Assembly: GCA_023150805.1 (NCBI GenBank)
Contig: JAKLKF010000011.1
Location: 19,987 to 83,986, forward strand
Reading direction: 5' to 3'
Length of the DNA: 64,000 bases
From: Myxococcota bacterium
Lineage (GTDB): Bacteria > Myxococcota_A > UBA796 > UBA2385
Each line of letters opens with the position of its first letter. Position 1 is the first letter of the stretch. Positions 1-8,296 of the stretch are shown here, piece after piece. The notes under the pieces were generated by a model. That model saw only the letters and a program-made list of their open reading frames with translations. It made no database searches and had not been told where the DNA came from. Both the position numbers and the translations under genes were made by a program.

Positions 1-832
1 CCGCCTCGTTGCCGCCCAGCATCACGACGACCAGGTCCGGGTCGCGCTGCGCGACCTGGGGGGCCAGGGCCTCGGCCGCGAAGGTCGAGAAGGAGCGGCT
101 GCCGACGCCGCTGACGGCCAGGGTCTCCCAGGTGGCTCCGGCGGCTCCGCTCTCCAGGACCAGCCCGTAGACGGGCACCGTGCCGCCCGAGGAGGCGATC
201 CGCACCTCGGAGAAGGCCGCGGGCGGGTCCAGCGAGAGGCGCCGGTCCTCGGTCGCGGCGGCCCGGGCGGGCTCGCGGCGGGCCTCGACCCCGTCGAGCT
301 GCACGACCAGGTCGCCGTAGCCCACGCCGGCCTGGTACCAGACCTCCAGGCGGCGCTGGGGGCGCACCTGCACGGCGTCGGCGGCGTCGGCACGGACCGC
401 CTCCACGCGCACGGACGCCCCCGGGCGCAAGATGCCCACGATGCCGCCCAGGCCGTAGCGGCCGCCCCCGCCGCCGTACAGGATGGTGCGCCAGGCCCAG
501 TCTCCGCCGCGGCGCGCGCGCACGTCGCTGCGCACGGACCACTGCGGGAGGAAGGAGGCGGGCACGAAGCCGGGGCCGGCGTCGCCGAAGCGGGCCTGCA
601 GGCGATCGCGCACCGTGCGGGCCAGGCCGTCGGCGGCCAGCGTGGAGTCGCCGTAGTGCAGGGCGCGGGCCACGCCCTGGCCGGCGGCGGCGGCGCGCAG
701 GGCCTGGAACCAGGGGTCGAGGTGGTCGGCGCCCTCGACCGGGGTCGGCACGCCGGGAGAGGCGGCGGCCGCGGGCAGGCCGGTCAGCGCGAGGGCGAGG
801 GGAGCGGCGAGGAGGGGGGAGCAGCGGGCCAC
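1..832 (-). CDS. Secreted SGNH/GDSL-family hydrolase or acetyltransferase (3' end runs off the window)
   Basis: Manual translation from GTG at 832 (frame not in the ORF track). Signal-peptide-like N-terminus, block I ALHYGDS, later LAVSGVG and DPDLVVVMLGGNEA (block II/III-like). Confidence 0.75.
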   Translation of the reverse strand, partial: MARCSPLLAAPLALALTGLPAAAASPGVPTPVEGADHLDPWFQALRAAAAGQGVARALHYGDSTLAADGLARTVRDRLQARFGDAGPGFVPASFLPQWSVRSDVRARRGGDWAWRTILYGGGGGRYGLGGIVGILRPGASVRVEAVRADAADAVQVRPQRRLEVWYQAGVGYGDLVVQLDGVEARREPARAAATEDRRLSLDPPAAFSEVRIASSGGTVPVYGLVLESGAAGATWETLAVSGVGSRSFSTFAAEALAPQVAQRDPDLVVVMLGGNEA

Positions 833-1025
833 GGAATCGACCGGGGAGGCGGGGGCCAGGCCCTCTACCGCCGTCGGCCGGGCTGGTACACTGGCCTCGG
901 CACCCGGAGGCCCCGTGCCCGACTTCCAGCGTCCTCGCCCCGCCGACCGGCGGCCCGCTCCGCCCCTGCCCCCGCGCCGACCCGAGCGCCCCGCCAACGG
1001 CCCCGGCCGCTGGGGCAACGGCGCG

Positions 1026-1940
1026 ATGAACGATCACGTCGAGCAGCAGCAGGGCGGGGCAGCGCAGCAGGGCGGGGCCGCGCAGCAGGGCGGGGCCGCG
1101 CAGCAGGGAGCGGTCCCCGCCGCCGGGACCTACGGGGCCCTGGCCACCGCCGCGCGCACCACCGTCGCCACCGCCGCCGTCGCCGCCCTGCCCGCCGCCG
1201 TGCGCGACAGCACCAACGCCGACCTGAAGGCCCGGGTCGAGGCCGCCGTCACCGCCGCCGCCGGCGCCGCCTTCGACGGCTGCCTGGCGGTCGCGATGCG
1301 CGGCGCCCCGGCCCCGGCCGCCGGCCAGGCGCAGGAGGCGACCCAGGCGCAGGTGGCCGCGGCGCGGACCGCCTACGACGCGGGCCCCGGCGTCGCCGTC
1401 GGCAAGTTCGGCCAGTACCTGGACGAGGTGCGCGGCCAGGCCAGCGCGACGGACGCCCACGTCGAGTCGGCGCTGACCCGCTACACCACCCGCACCGCCC
1501 GCTCGGTGCGGGCCTACACCGGCATCCAGCAGAGCGAGAACGTCGAGCTGCTCAACTTCCACGTCAGCGGCGTGCGGGACCAGGCCAACGCCGCGCAGAA
1601 CGTCGAGGACATCGTCGCCGGCGAGAAGATCCAGGTCAGCGCCTACGGCAACGCCCCCGGCGGCTCCGTCGAGCCCGATGACACCGTGCTCGACGCGATC
1701 ATCTCGCTCCAGCGGACCTACAGCTTCCGCATCACCGAGCTGGCCGGTGGCTCGCACAGCCGCAACTCGGCCCACTACACGGCCGACGCCTTCGACGTGG
1801 ACCAGCTCGACGGCGCGGGCGTGACCTCGCGCAACCGCAGCGTCGCCGGCTTCATGCAGGCCTGCCGCGACCTGGGGGCAAGCCTGGTCCTGGGCCCCGG
1901 CAGCGCCGGCCACGACACCCACGTCCACGCCGAGTGGTGA
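1026..1940 (+). CDS. Ala/Gln-rich protein with C-terminal M15-like (LAS-fold) Zn peptidase domain, probable peptidoglycan hydrolase
   Basis: ATG at 1026 within ORF 915..1940. Motif SHSRNSAHYTADAFD ... GHDTHVH fits the H-x6-D / H-x-H zinc ligands of LAS/M15 peptidases. Confidence 0.7.
   Translation: MNDHVEQQQGGAAQQGGAAQQGGAAQQGAVPAAGTYGALATAARTTVATAAVAALPAAVRDSTNADLKARVEAAVTAAAGAAFDGCLAVAMRGAPAPAAGQAQEATQAQVAAARTAYDAGPGVAVGKFGQYLDEVRGQASATDAHVESALTRYTTRTARSVRAYTGIQQSENVELLNFHVSGVRDQANAAQNVEDIVAGEKIQVSAYGNAPGGSVEPDDTVLDAIISLQRTYSFRITELAGGSHSRNSAHYTADAFDVDQLDGAGVTSRNRSVAGFMQACRDLGASLVLGPGSAGHDTHVHAEW
1047..1108 (+). repeat. 18-bp coding tandem repeat (about 3.5 copies, QQGGAA)
   Basis: cagcagggcggggc(a/c)gcg units start at 1047, 1065, 1083 and 1101 (partial). 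Confidence 0.9.
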
Positions 1941-2434
1941 GGCTGCTGCTGCTCCTGGCCTGCGCCCGTCCGGGGGCGGGCACGGGAGCCGGAGGAGGCG
2001 CGATGTCCGAGGCCGAGACCGCCTGGCGGCCCGCCGCCCCGGCGGACCTGATGGTCGGCCAGGCGCCGTCGGGCGCAGCCCTTGATGCGTGGATCGACCT
2101 GAACGGCGACGGCCGGGCCGAGCGCGTGCGGATCGAGGTCGACGACGCGGCCGGCCAGGCCCGCGTGGTCGTCGTCGGTGGTCCGATCCTGGGGGAGATG
2201 CCACCGGCGCCCCACGGCCCCGTCTCGACCGGCCTGTGGGCGCACCCGCCTGGCGCCGCGCCCCTCTCGGACCGCGCGCCCGATTCGCTGCGCGCCTTCT
2301 CCCAGGCCCACGCCCTGGTCGAGTGGTGCCTGCCGCCCCCGGGCCAGCCCTGGAGCGCCGGGTCGGCCTGCTATGGCGCCCGCTTCGTCGGTGTGGAGGG
2401 CGGGGTGGTGCGGTCCTGGGAGGTCTGGGACTGA
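1937..2434 (+). CDS. Putative lipoprotein with a DxNGDG calcium-binding-like motif
   Basis: GTG start overlaps the upstream TGA (GTGA). N-terminus MRLLLLLAC is lipobox-like and DLNGDGRAE follows. Confidence 0.55.
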   Translation: MRLLLLLACARPGAGTGAGGGAMSEAETAWRPAAPADLMVGQAPSGAALDAWIDLNGDGRAERVRIEVDDAAGQARVVVVGGPILGEMPPAPHGPVSTGLWAHPPGAAPLSDRAPDSLRAFSQAHALVEWCLPPPGQPWSAGSACYGARFVGVEGGVVRSWEVWD

Positions 2435-4293
2435 GCTGCCGCCTGCCCGGTGGAGCGCGGCAGGTGGACCCAGAAGCAGGCCCCCGAGGTGCGGCGAGAG
2501 GGCTCCACGCCCAGGCGCCCGCCGTGCAGCTCGACCATCCGACGCGCGATGTACAGCCCCAGACCCGTGCTGCGCTCGCCGCCGGTCGGGCGCGCCTCCC
2601 CGCGGGTGTAGGGCTGGAAGAGGGCGCCGGCCCGGAGGGGGTCCACACCCGGCCCGCCGTCGTGCACCTCGATCCGCGCGCCATCGCCGTCGTCGTCGGG
2701 CCCGACCACCACCTGGAGGGAGGCCCCCGGCGGGCTGTACTTGATCGCGTTGTCGATCAGGTTCGCCACCGCGTGGAACAGGCGGCCGGCGTCCACCGGC
2801 AGGCGCACGGGGCGCGCGTGGAGCTGCAGGCGCTGGTCCTTGGCCCTCGCCGCGGGCAGGTGCTCGGCCGAGATGGCCTCGACCAGCAGCTCCAGGGCCT
2901 CGGTCTGCGGGGTCAGCGCCGCCTGGCCCTGCTCGTCGGCCATGTCGACGCCCAACGCGTCGATCACGCGGCTGATGCGCTGCTGGTTGGCCAGGATCTG
3001 GCGGCATGCCTCTCGCAGCCGGGGCTCGGTCACGTCCTCCCGCAGGCTCTCGGCCATCAGCATCGTGGCGGTCAGCGGCCCACGCAGATCGTGCGCCACC
3101 ATCGCCACCAGCTCCGCGCGCGCGCGGGCCGCCGCCATCAGCTCTCCGACCCGTCGCCGGGCGGCGCGCCCCTGGGACAGGACCTCGTCCCGCTGGCTGG
3201 CCAGGGCCACCCGCGCCAGGCGCTGGGCCCGGTCGGCGCCCGCTTGCTGGTCGTCGGCCTGTGCCGCGCGCCGGTAGTGCTCCAGCGCCGCCTCCGCCTC
3301 GCCCAGCGCCTCGCAAGCGCGCGCCGCGCCGCGGTGGGCGCGTGCCCGCAGGCCCAGGCCCGTCGCCGCCAGCGCGGCCGCCTCCTCGAAGGCCCGGCGC
3401 GCCTCGGCCGGCGCCTCAGCCGCCTCCCCGACGGCCAGCAGCGCGCGGCACACCGTCCAGGCCTCGCCCGAGGCACGGGCCGCGTCCATCGCCGGCGTCA
3501 GGAGCGCGCGGGCGGCCGACGGGTCGCGGTCCGCCAGGTGCAGGGCCAGGCTGCCCAGCGCCTCGCTGCGCACCGCCGGCAGGCCCTGGCTGGCCGCCTC
3601 CTCGGCCGCCGCGCGCAGCAGGGCCTGGCCCTCGTCGGACCGTCCCGTCGCTGCCAGCACCGCGCCCCAGGTCGCCTGCGCGTAGCTGCGGAAGGCCGGG
3701 ACCTCCAGCCCGCGGGCGATCTCCCACGCCCGCTCCGCCAGCGGCCGCGCCGTGTCCACGTCGTCCAGCTCCCGCCAGGTCTGGACCGTGTTCACCAGCG
3801 CCACCGCCTCGCCGTAGGGGTCCCCCAGGTCCCGGAACTGCCGCGCCGCGTGCCCCATCAGCTCCAGCGCCCGCGCGTGATCGCCGAGCTGCCGCATCAC
3901 CAACGCCAGGTTGACCTTCACCCCGGCGTGCCCCGGCCCGTCCCCCGCCCGCAGGAACTCCGCGTCCGCCTGCTCCAGGTGCCGCACGGCCTCCACCAGG
4001 TGCCCCTCGGTCAGCTCCAGCGCCCCCAGCACCGCGTGGACGCGCCCGCGCGCGCCCGCCTCGGTCGCCCGCTCGGCCCGCGCCACCGCCGGCCCCAGCG
4101 CCGCGCGCGCCAGGTCCAGCCTGCCCAGGCGCAGGTAGCCATAGGCCAGGGCCGCGCCGCCGCGCGCCGCCACCGCGTCGTCGCCGTGCCCCACCAGGGT
4201 CGAGCCCAGCGCCACGGCTCCCGCCGGATCGGAGCTGCGCAGGGACCAGGCCTGCTCCGCGAGCAGGGCGGCCGGATCGGAGGCGGGGACCAT
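2371..4293 (-). CDS. Cytoplasmic TPR-repeat sensor histidine kinase
   Basis: TPR-like helices, then H-box AHDLRGPL, N-box NLIDNAIKYS, G1 DGGPGV and G2 STGLGLYIA. No transmembrane segment is apparent. Confidence 0.9.
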   Translation of the reverse strand: MVPASDPAALLAEQAWSLRSSDPAGAVALGSTLVGHGDDAVAARGGAALAYGYLRLGRLDLARAALGPAVARAERATEAGARGRVHAVLGALELTEGHLVEAVRHLEQADAEFLRAGDGPGHAGVKVNLALVMRQLGDHARALELMGHAARQFRDLGDPYGEAVALVNTVQTWRELDDVDTARPLAERAWEIARGLEVPAFRSYAQATWGAVLAATGRSDEGQALLRAAAEEAASQGLPAVRSEALGSLALHLADRDPSAARALLTPAMDAARASGEAWTVCRALLAVGEAAEAPAEARRAFEEAAALAATGLGLRARAHRGAARACEALGEAEAALEHYRRAAQADDQQAGADRAQRLARVALASQRDEVLSQGRAARRRVGELMAAARARAELVAMVAHDLRGPLTATMLMAESLREDVTEPRLREACRQILANQQRISRVIDALGVDMADEQGQAALTPQTEALELLVEAISAEHLPAARAKDQRLQLHARPVRLPVDAGRLFHAVANLIDNAIKYSPPGASLQVVVGPDDDGDGARIEVHDGGPGVDPLRAGALFQPYTRGEARPTGGERSTGLGLYIARRMVELHGGRLGVEPSRRTSGACFWVHLPRSTGQAAAQSQTSQDRTTPPSTPTKRAP

Positions 4294-4356
4294 CCCTAGG
4301 AGGATAGCGGCTTTTCGGGCCGGCGCATGCGACGCAGCGTCCCACTGGGGCCCTGT

Positions 4357-6780
4357 TCAGAACAGGACCTGCAGGATCGCCGACAGCACCACCTCTCCCG
4401 TCGAGGGCGAGGGCGGAGTCCCGGACTCGGGGTCGATCACCGGGCCGGCCGCGTAGTCGCCGTCCACCTCGTAGCCGTTGCCGGCCCACACGACGCTGCC
4501 GTAGCCCGAGGCGATGTTGTCGCGACCACCCGAGACCATCGAGGCGGCGCCCGAGGCCAGGTTGTTGTTTCCGCCGGCCACGGTGGCCATGCTCTCGGCG
4601 GCGTCGTTCTCGTAGCCGCCCAGCACCGTCGCCCCCGTCGACCAGGCCCGGTTCTCGTAGCCGCCCACCACCGCCGACCGGTCGCCCGTGGTGCGGTTGC
4701 TCGACCCGCCCAGGATGGCCGAGTACCCCCAGGTTGCCTGGTTCATCGAGCCGCCGACGACCGCCGCCCAACGCTCGTCGACCTCCCAGCCACCTTCGAG
4801 CACGCCGCCGGAGAGGATCATCTTGCCCTCGTCCAGGTACTCGCACTCGCTGGAGTAGCAGTCGTAGCCCGTGACGTTGCGGTGCCCGCCGACGATGCTG
4901 CCGGTGGTGTAGGTCCAGTTCTGGGTGCCTCCCAACACGGCGCTGTAGCGGGTGGGGGCGCCGTTGAGGTAGCCGCCGCCGACAAATGCCGTCAGGCCCG
5001 CCGCCTCGTTCTTGGAACCTCCGCCGATCACCGCGCCCTGGCCGGTGGCTTCGTTGGCTTCGCCGCCGACGACGACCGGCCAACGCAGGAAGTCCTCCTC
5101 GAAGCGCCCGGACCAGCAGCCGTCGGGCCCGCACTCCTGCCCCGCGGTGTTGCCGCTGCCGCCGAGCACGACGCCGCCGTCGTCGGCGCTGCCGTTGTTG
5201 CCGGCCACCACACCGGAGAGGTAGCCCGTCGCCGTGTTCAGGTAGCCGCCCGTCACGAAGGAGGCGTAGCCCGTGGCGGTGTTGACCACGCCGCCCAGCA
5301 CGGCCGCCGCCTGTCCATCCGCCTCGTTCTCGCTGCCGCCGGCCACGCTGGCGCGCAGGCCCGAGGCGACGTTGTACTGGCCGCCGCTGACGACGGCCGC
5401 CTCTCCGGAGGCGGTGTTCTCCCGACCGCCCAGCACCACCGCCAGCTCTCCCGAGGCGACCCCCCCTTCGCCGCCGAGCACGCTGGCGTACGGGGCCGTC
5501 GCGCTGCTCCCGGTGCCGGCCACGATGGCGCCGTAGCTGGCGTAGCTGTGGCCGGGGCCCACCACCAGGTTGTGGCTGCCGCCGCGCTCCTCGTCTCGGA
5601 TGCGCGCGTCCTCGTACTCGTTGTAGCCGATGATCACGTTGCCCAGGCCGTTGGGCTCGGCGTCCGTCGCGCCCTCACCCGACCGGACCACCAGGTTGGC
5701 CCCGTCGATGTAGATCGTGTCGTTGGCGGTGTTGACCGAGAGGTAGGCCGACAGCCCGCCAATGCCCCCGTCCAGCGCGTCGACCGCGGCGTTGGTCAGG
5801 GCCAGCTCGTCGCCCAGCCCGGCGACGCTGGCGGCGACCGCGAGCAGGTCGGTGCCCAGGGAGGCCAGGTCCGCCGCCAGCGAGGCGACCTCGGTTCCCA
5901 GCAGGTCGAGCTGGACCACCGTGTCCGCCAGGCCGGCCGCCAGCGCGTCCAGCTCGGCCTGGTGGCTGTCGAGCAGCAGCTCCGCCGCGGCCAGTCCGGT
6001 CTGCACGTCGGAGAGCCCGACGGAGAGCGAGGCGATGGTCGCGTTCACCGAGGCGACCGCCGAGGTCAGGCTGGCCAGCGCCGAGGTGAGGTCCAGGTTC
6101 GCGTCGGCCAGGTCGTCCACCATGGTGGCGGTCGCGTCCCAGTCGCCCGTCCAGCTCCCGCCGACCCACACCTCGTCGACCAGCGCCTCGCTGCCGGTGC
6201 CGCCCAGGGTCACGCCGCCCTCTCCCGAGATCAGGTTGCCCTCTCCGCCCGCGGCCAGCGCGTAGCTCGCGCCCGCGGTGTTCAGCGTGCCGCCCGCCGT
6301 CGTGGCGTAGCTGCCGGTGGCGTCGTTGTCGAAGCCGCCCAGGGTCGTGGCATAGGCGGCGCTGGCCGTGTTGGTCCGCCCGCCGATGGCCGTGGAGTAG
6401 CTGTTGCTGACCCGGTTGTTCACGCCGCCCACGACCGCCGTCGAGATGCCCTTGAGCTGGTGGTTGTGCCCCGCCACCAGCCCACCGGTCGCCGTGTAGA
6501 GGTGCTTGTCGCCCACCACGACGTTGTGCGAGCCGGTCCGCGTGTCGCTACTGTCGGCCGTGTTGTAGCCGACCACCAGGTTGCCCAGCCCGTTGGCGAT
6601 AGTGGTGGCACCCGCGCCGTTGCGCACGTTCACGTTGCAGCCCGAGAAGGTCAGCTCGGTGCCGTCGATGGTGATTGCGCAGCCCGCGTCGTTGCTGTAT
6701 AGCGTGTCGGCGGCCAGGGCGGGAGCGGAGAGGACCAGCGACAGAAGGGCCAGCAGAGAGGTGGGCATGCGGCGCGACAT
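4357..6780 (-). CDS. Secreted fibre/adhesin-like protein with Gly-Asn beta-roll repeats and a coiled-coil stalk
   Basis: Start set at ATG 6780 (signal peptide ...SAPALA). Many GGxxNxAxGxxSxVxGG repeats, a heptad-rich segment, and a duplicated NGLGN..GYN..GSHN module. Confidence 0.7.
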   Translation of the reverse strand: MSRRMPTSLLALLSLVLSAPALAADTLYSNDAGCAITIDGTELTFSGCNVNVRNGAGATTIANGLGNLVVGYNTADSSDTRTGSHNVVVGDKHLYTATGGLVAGHNHQLKGISTAVVGGVNNRVSNSYSTAIGGRTNTASAAYATTLGGFDNDATGSYATTAGGTLNTAGASYALAAGGEGNLISGEGGVTLGGTGSEALVDEVWVGGSWTGDWDATATMVDDLADANLDLTSALASLTSAVASVNATIASLSVGLSDVQTGLAAAELLLDSHQAELDALAAGLADTVVQLDLLGTEVASLAADLASLGTDLLAVAASVAGLGDELALTNAAVDALDGGIGGLSAYLSVNTANDTIYIDGANLVVRSGEGATDAEPNGLGNVIIGYNEYEDARIRDEERGGSHNLVVGPGHSYASYGAIVAGTGSSATAPYASVLGGEGGVASGELAVVLGGRENTASGEAAVVSGGQYNVASGLRASVAGGSENEADGQAAAVLGGVVNTATGYASFVTGGYLNTATGYLSGVVAGNNGSADDGGVVLGGSGNTAGQECGPDGCWSGRFEEDFLRWPVVVGGEANEATGQGAVIGGGSKNEAAGLTAFVGGGYLNGAPTRYSAVLGGTQNWTYTTGSIVGGHRNVTGYDCYSSECEYLDEGKMILSGGVLEGGWEVDERWAAVVGGSMNQATWGYSAILGGSSNRTTGDRSAVVGGYENRAWSTGATVLGGYENDAAESMATVAGGNNNLASGAASMVSGGRDNIASGYGSVVWAGNGYEVDGDYAAGPVIDPESGTPPSPSTGEVVLSAILQVLF

Positions 6781-6913
6781 GGCAGGCTCCGGAGAGAGGG
6801 TGAACAGATCCGGGGGGCCTCGGATCGGGTGGAGACGTGCCCTCGTCACCCGCGGCCGGGGGTCCCGTCCCGCGCCCGCCACATCCTGCAACACGACACA
6901 ACGGGGCTGAAGC

Positions 6914-8296
6914 GTGCCTGCGCAGCGGTCCCAGGTGCCCCTCGAGCTCGGCACCGTCGACCTGATCCGGGGGGTGCTGTATGGCCCCCAGGGCGAGGTC
7001 CGCCTGTCCGTGCACCAGGTCGAGCTGTTGCGATACCTCTCGGAGCGCCCTGGGGTGACCGTGTCCCGAGACGAGCTGCTGCGCGAGGTGTGGCGACACC
7101 CCGGCTCCGACCTGCGCACACGCGCGCCCGACTTCGCCATGCATCGCCTGCGAGCGCTGCTGGAGCGCGACCCGGCGGCGCCGCGCCACCTGCGCACCCA
7201 CGCCGGCCAGGGCTATCGCTTCGAACCGCTGGCCGACGTGCCGGACCCGGACCCGCCGGTTTCCGCCCCGGGCCGCCCGGCGGACGAGCACAGCACCTTC
7301 TCCTTCCCGCCGACCGAAGGCGTGCGTGCCGCCATCGCCCCGCCCGGCACCCCCTACGATCCCGCCTTGCACGTGCCCCGCCCCGCGGCCGAGCGGGACG
7401 CGCGGGACCGCCTGGCCGGTCCGGGTGCGCCGCTGGTGCTCGCGGGCCCGCGGGGCATCGGGAAGTCCTGGTTGCTGGAGCGGCTGCTCGCGGACCTGGC
7501 CGACGAGGATCGGGTCGCGTGGGTGGACGCCGCCGCCATCCCCCACCGACACGAGCCCCGCGCCGTGATGCTCCACATGGGCCTGGCGCTCGCCGAGGCG
7601 GTCGACCTGGATCCGTCGCAGGTGGGCGCGCGCTTCGACGGTGGCGGGGACGGCTTCCGCGCCCTGGGCGCCCTGCTCCAGGGAGAGGTGCTGCCGCGGA
7701 CCCCCGGGCGCCTGCTGTGGGTGATCGACCATGCCGACCGCCTTCGAGTGGCGGCGGAGGGTGCGGCCATCTTCGCCCTGCTCCGCAGCTTCGCGGCGCG
7801 CGCGCGGTCGCCCTGGGAGCGCCTGCGCCTCGCGCTGCTGGTCTCCACCGAGCCGGCCCTGCTGGTGGAGGACCCACACCTCTCGCCCTTCAACCTGGTG
7901 CCCCCCGTCGAGCTGGGCCCCCTGACCGAGGCGGACCTGGCACCGCTGGTGCAGCGGTGCGGTCTGCGCGGGGTCGAGGCGCTGGTCGAGGCCACCGGCG
8001 GGCACCCCTGGCTCGTCCGGCTGGCGCTGCACGCGGCGGTCTACCGCGGGCAGGAGCTGGCGCGGGTCCTCGCGGACGGCGACGTCTTCGCGGCCCACCT
8101 CCACGGGCGGCTGCAGGCGCTCCGAGCGCGCCCCGCGCTGCTGACCGCCTACCAGGACGCGCTGGCGGGGCGGCGGATCGACCCGCTGCTGGCGGCGCGG
8201 CTGGCCAGCGTTGGCCTGCTCGACCGGCAAGGTCGTGCCGGCGCCGGGATCTACCTGCGCTTCTTCGGCAGTGGACCCCTGGGCCCGGGCGTGTGA
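6914..8296 (+). CDS. OmpR-type winged-helix domain + AAA_35 STAND NTPase
   Basis: N-terminal VSRDELLREVW ... LRTHAGQGYRF (Trans_reg_C-like). Walker A GPRGIGKS, Walker B-like LWVIDHAD, and the AAA_35-typical SPFN and TGGHPWL motifs. Confidence 0.8.
   Translation: MPAQRSQVPLELGTVDLIRGVLYGPQGEVRLSVHQVELLRYLSERPGVTVSRDELLREVWRHPGSDLRTRAPDFAMHRLRALLERDPAAPRHLRTHAGQGYRFEPLADVPDPDPPVSAPGRPADEHSTFSFPPTEGVRAAIAPPGTPYDPALHVPRPAAERDARDRLAGPGAPLVLAGPRGIGKSWLLERLLADLADEDRVAWVDAAAIPHRHEPRAVMLHMGLALAEAVDLDPSQVGARFDGGGDGFRALGALLQGEVLPRTPGRLLWVIDHADRLRVAAEGAAIFALLRSFAARARSPWERLRLALLVSTEPALLVEDPHLSPFNLVPPVELGPLTEADLAPLVQRCGLRGVEALVEATGGHPWLVRLALHAAVYRGQELARVLADGDVFAAHLHGRLQALRARPALLTAYQDALAGRRIDPLLAARLASVGLLDRQGRAGAGIYLRFFGSGPLGPGV

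Noticed and set aside
6829-8292. N-terminal 488 aa of the 1466-aa ORF 6829..11229
   Set aside because: This is low-complexity alternative-frame translation over the wHTH-AAA_35 gene. The real start is most likely GTG 8293.
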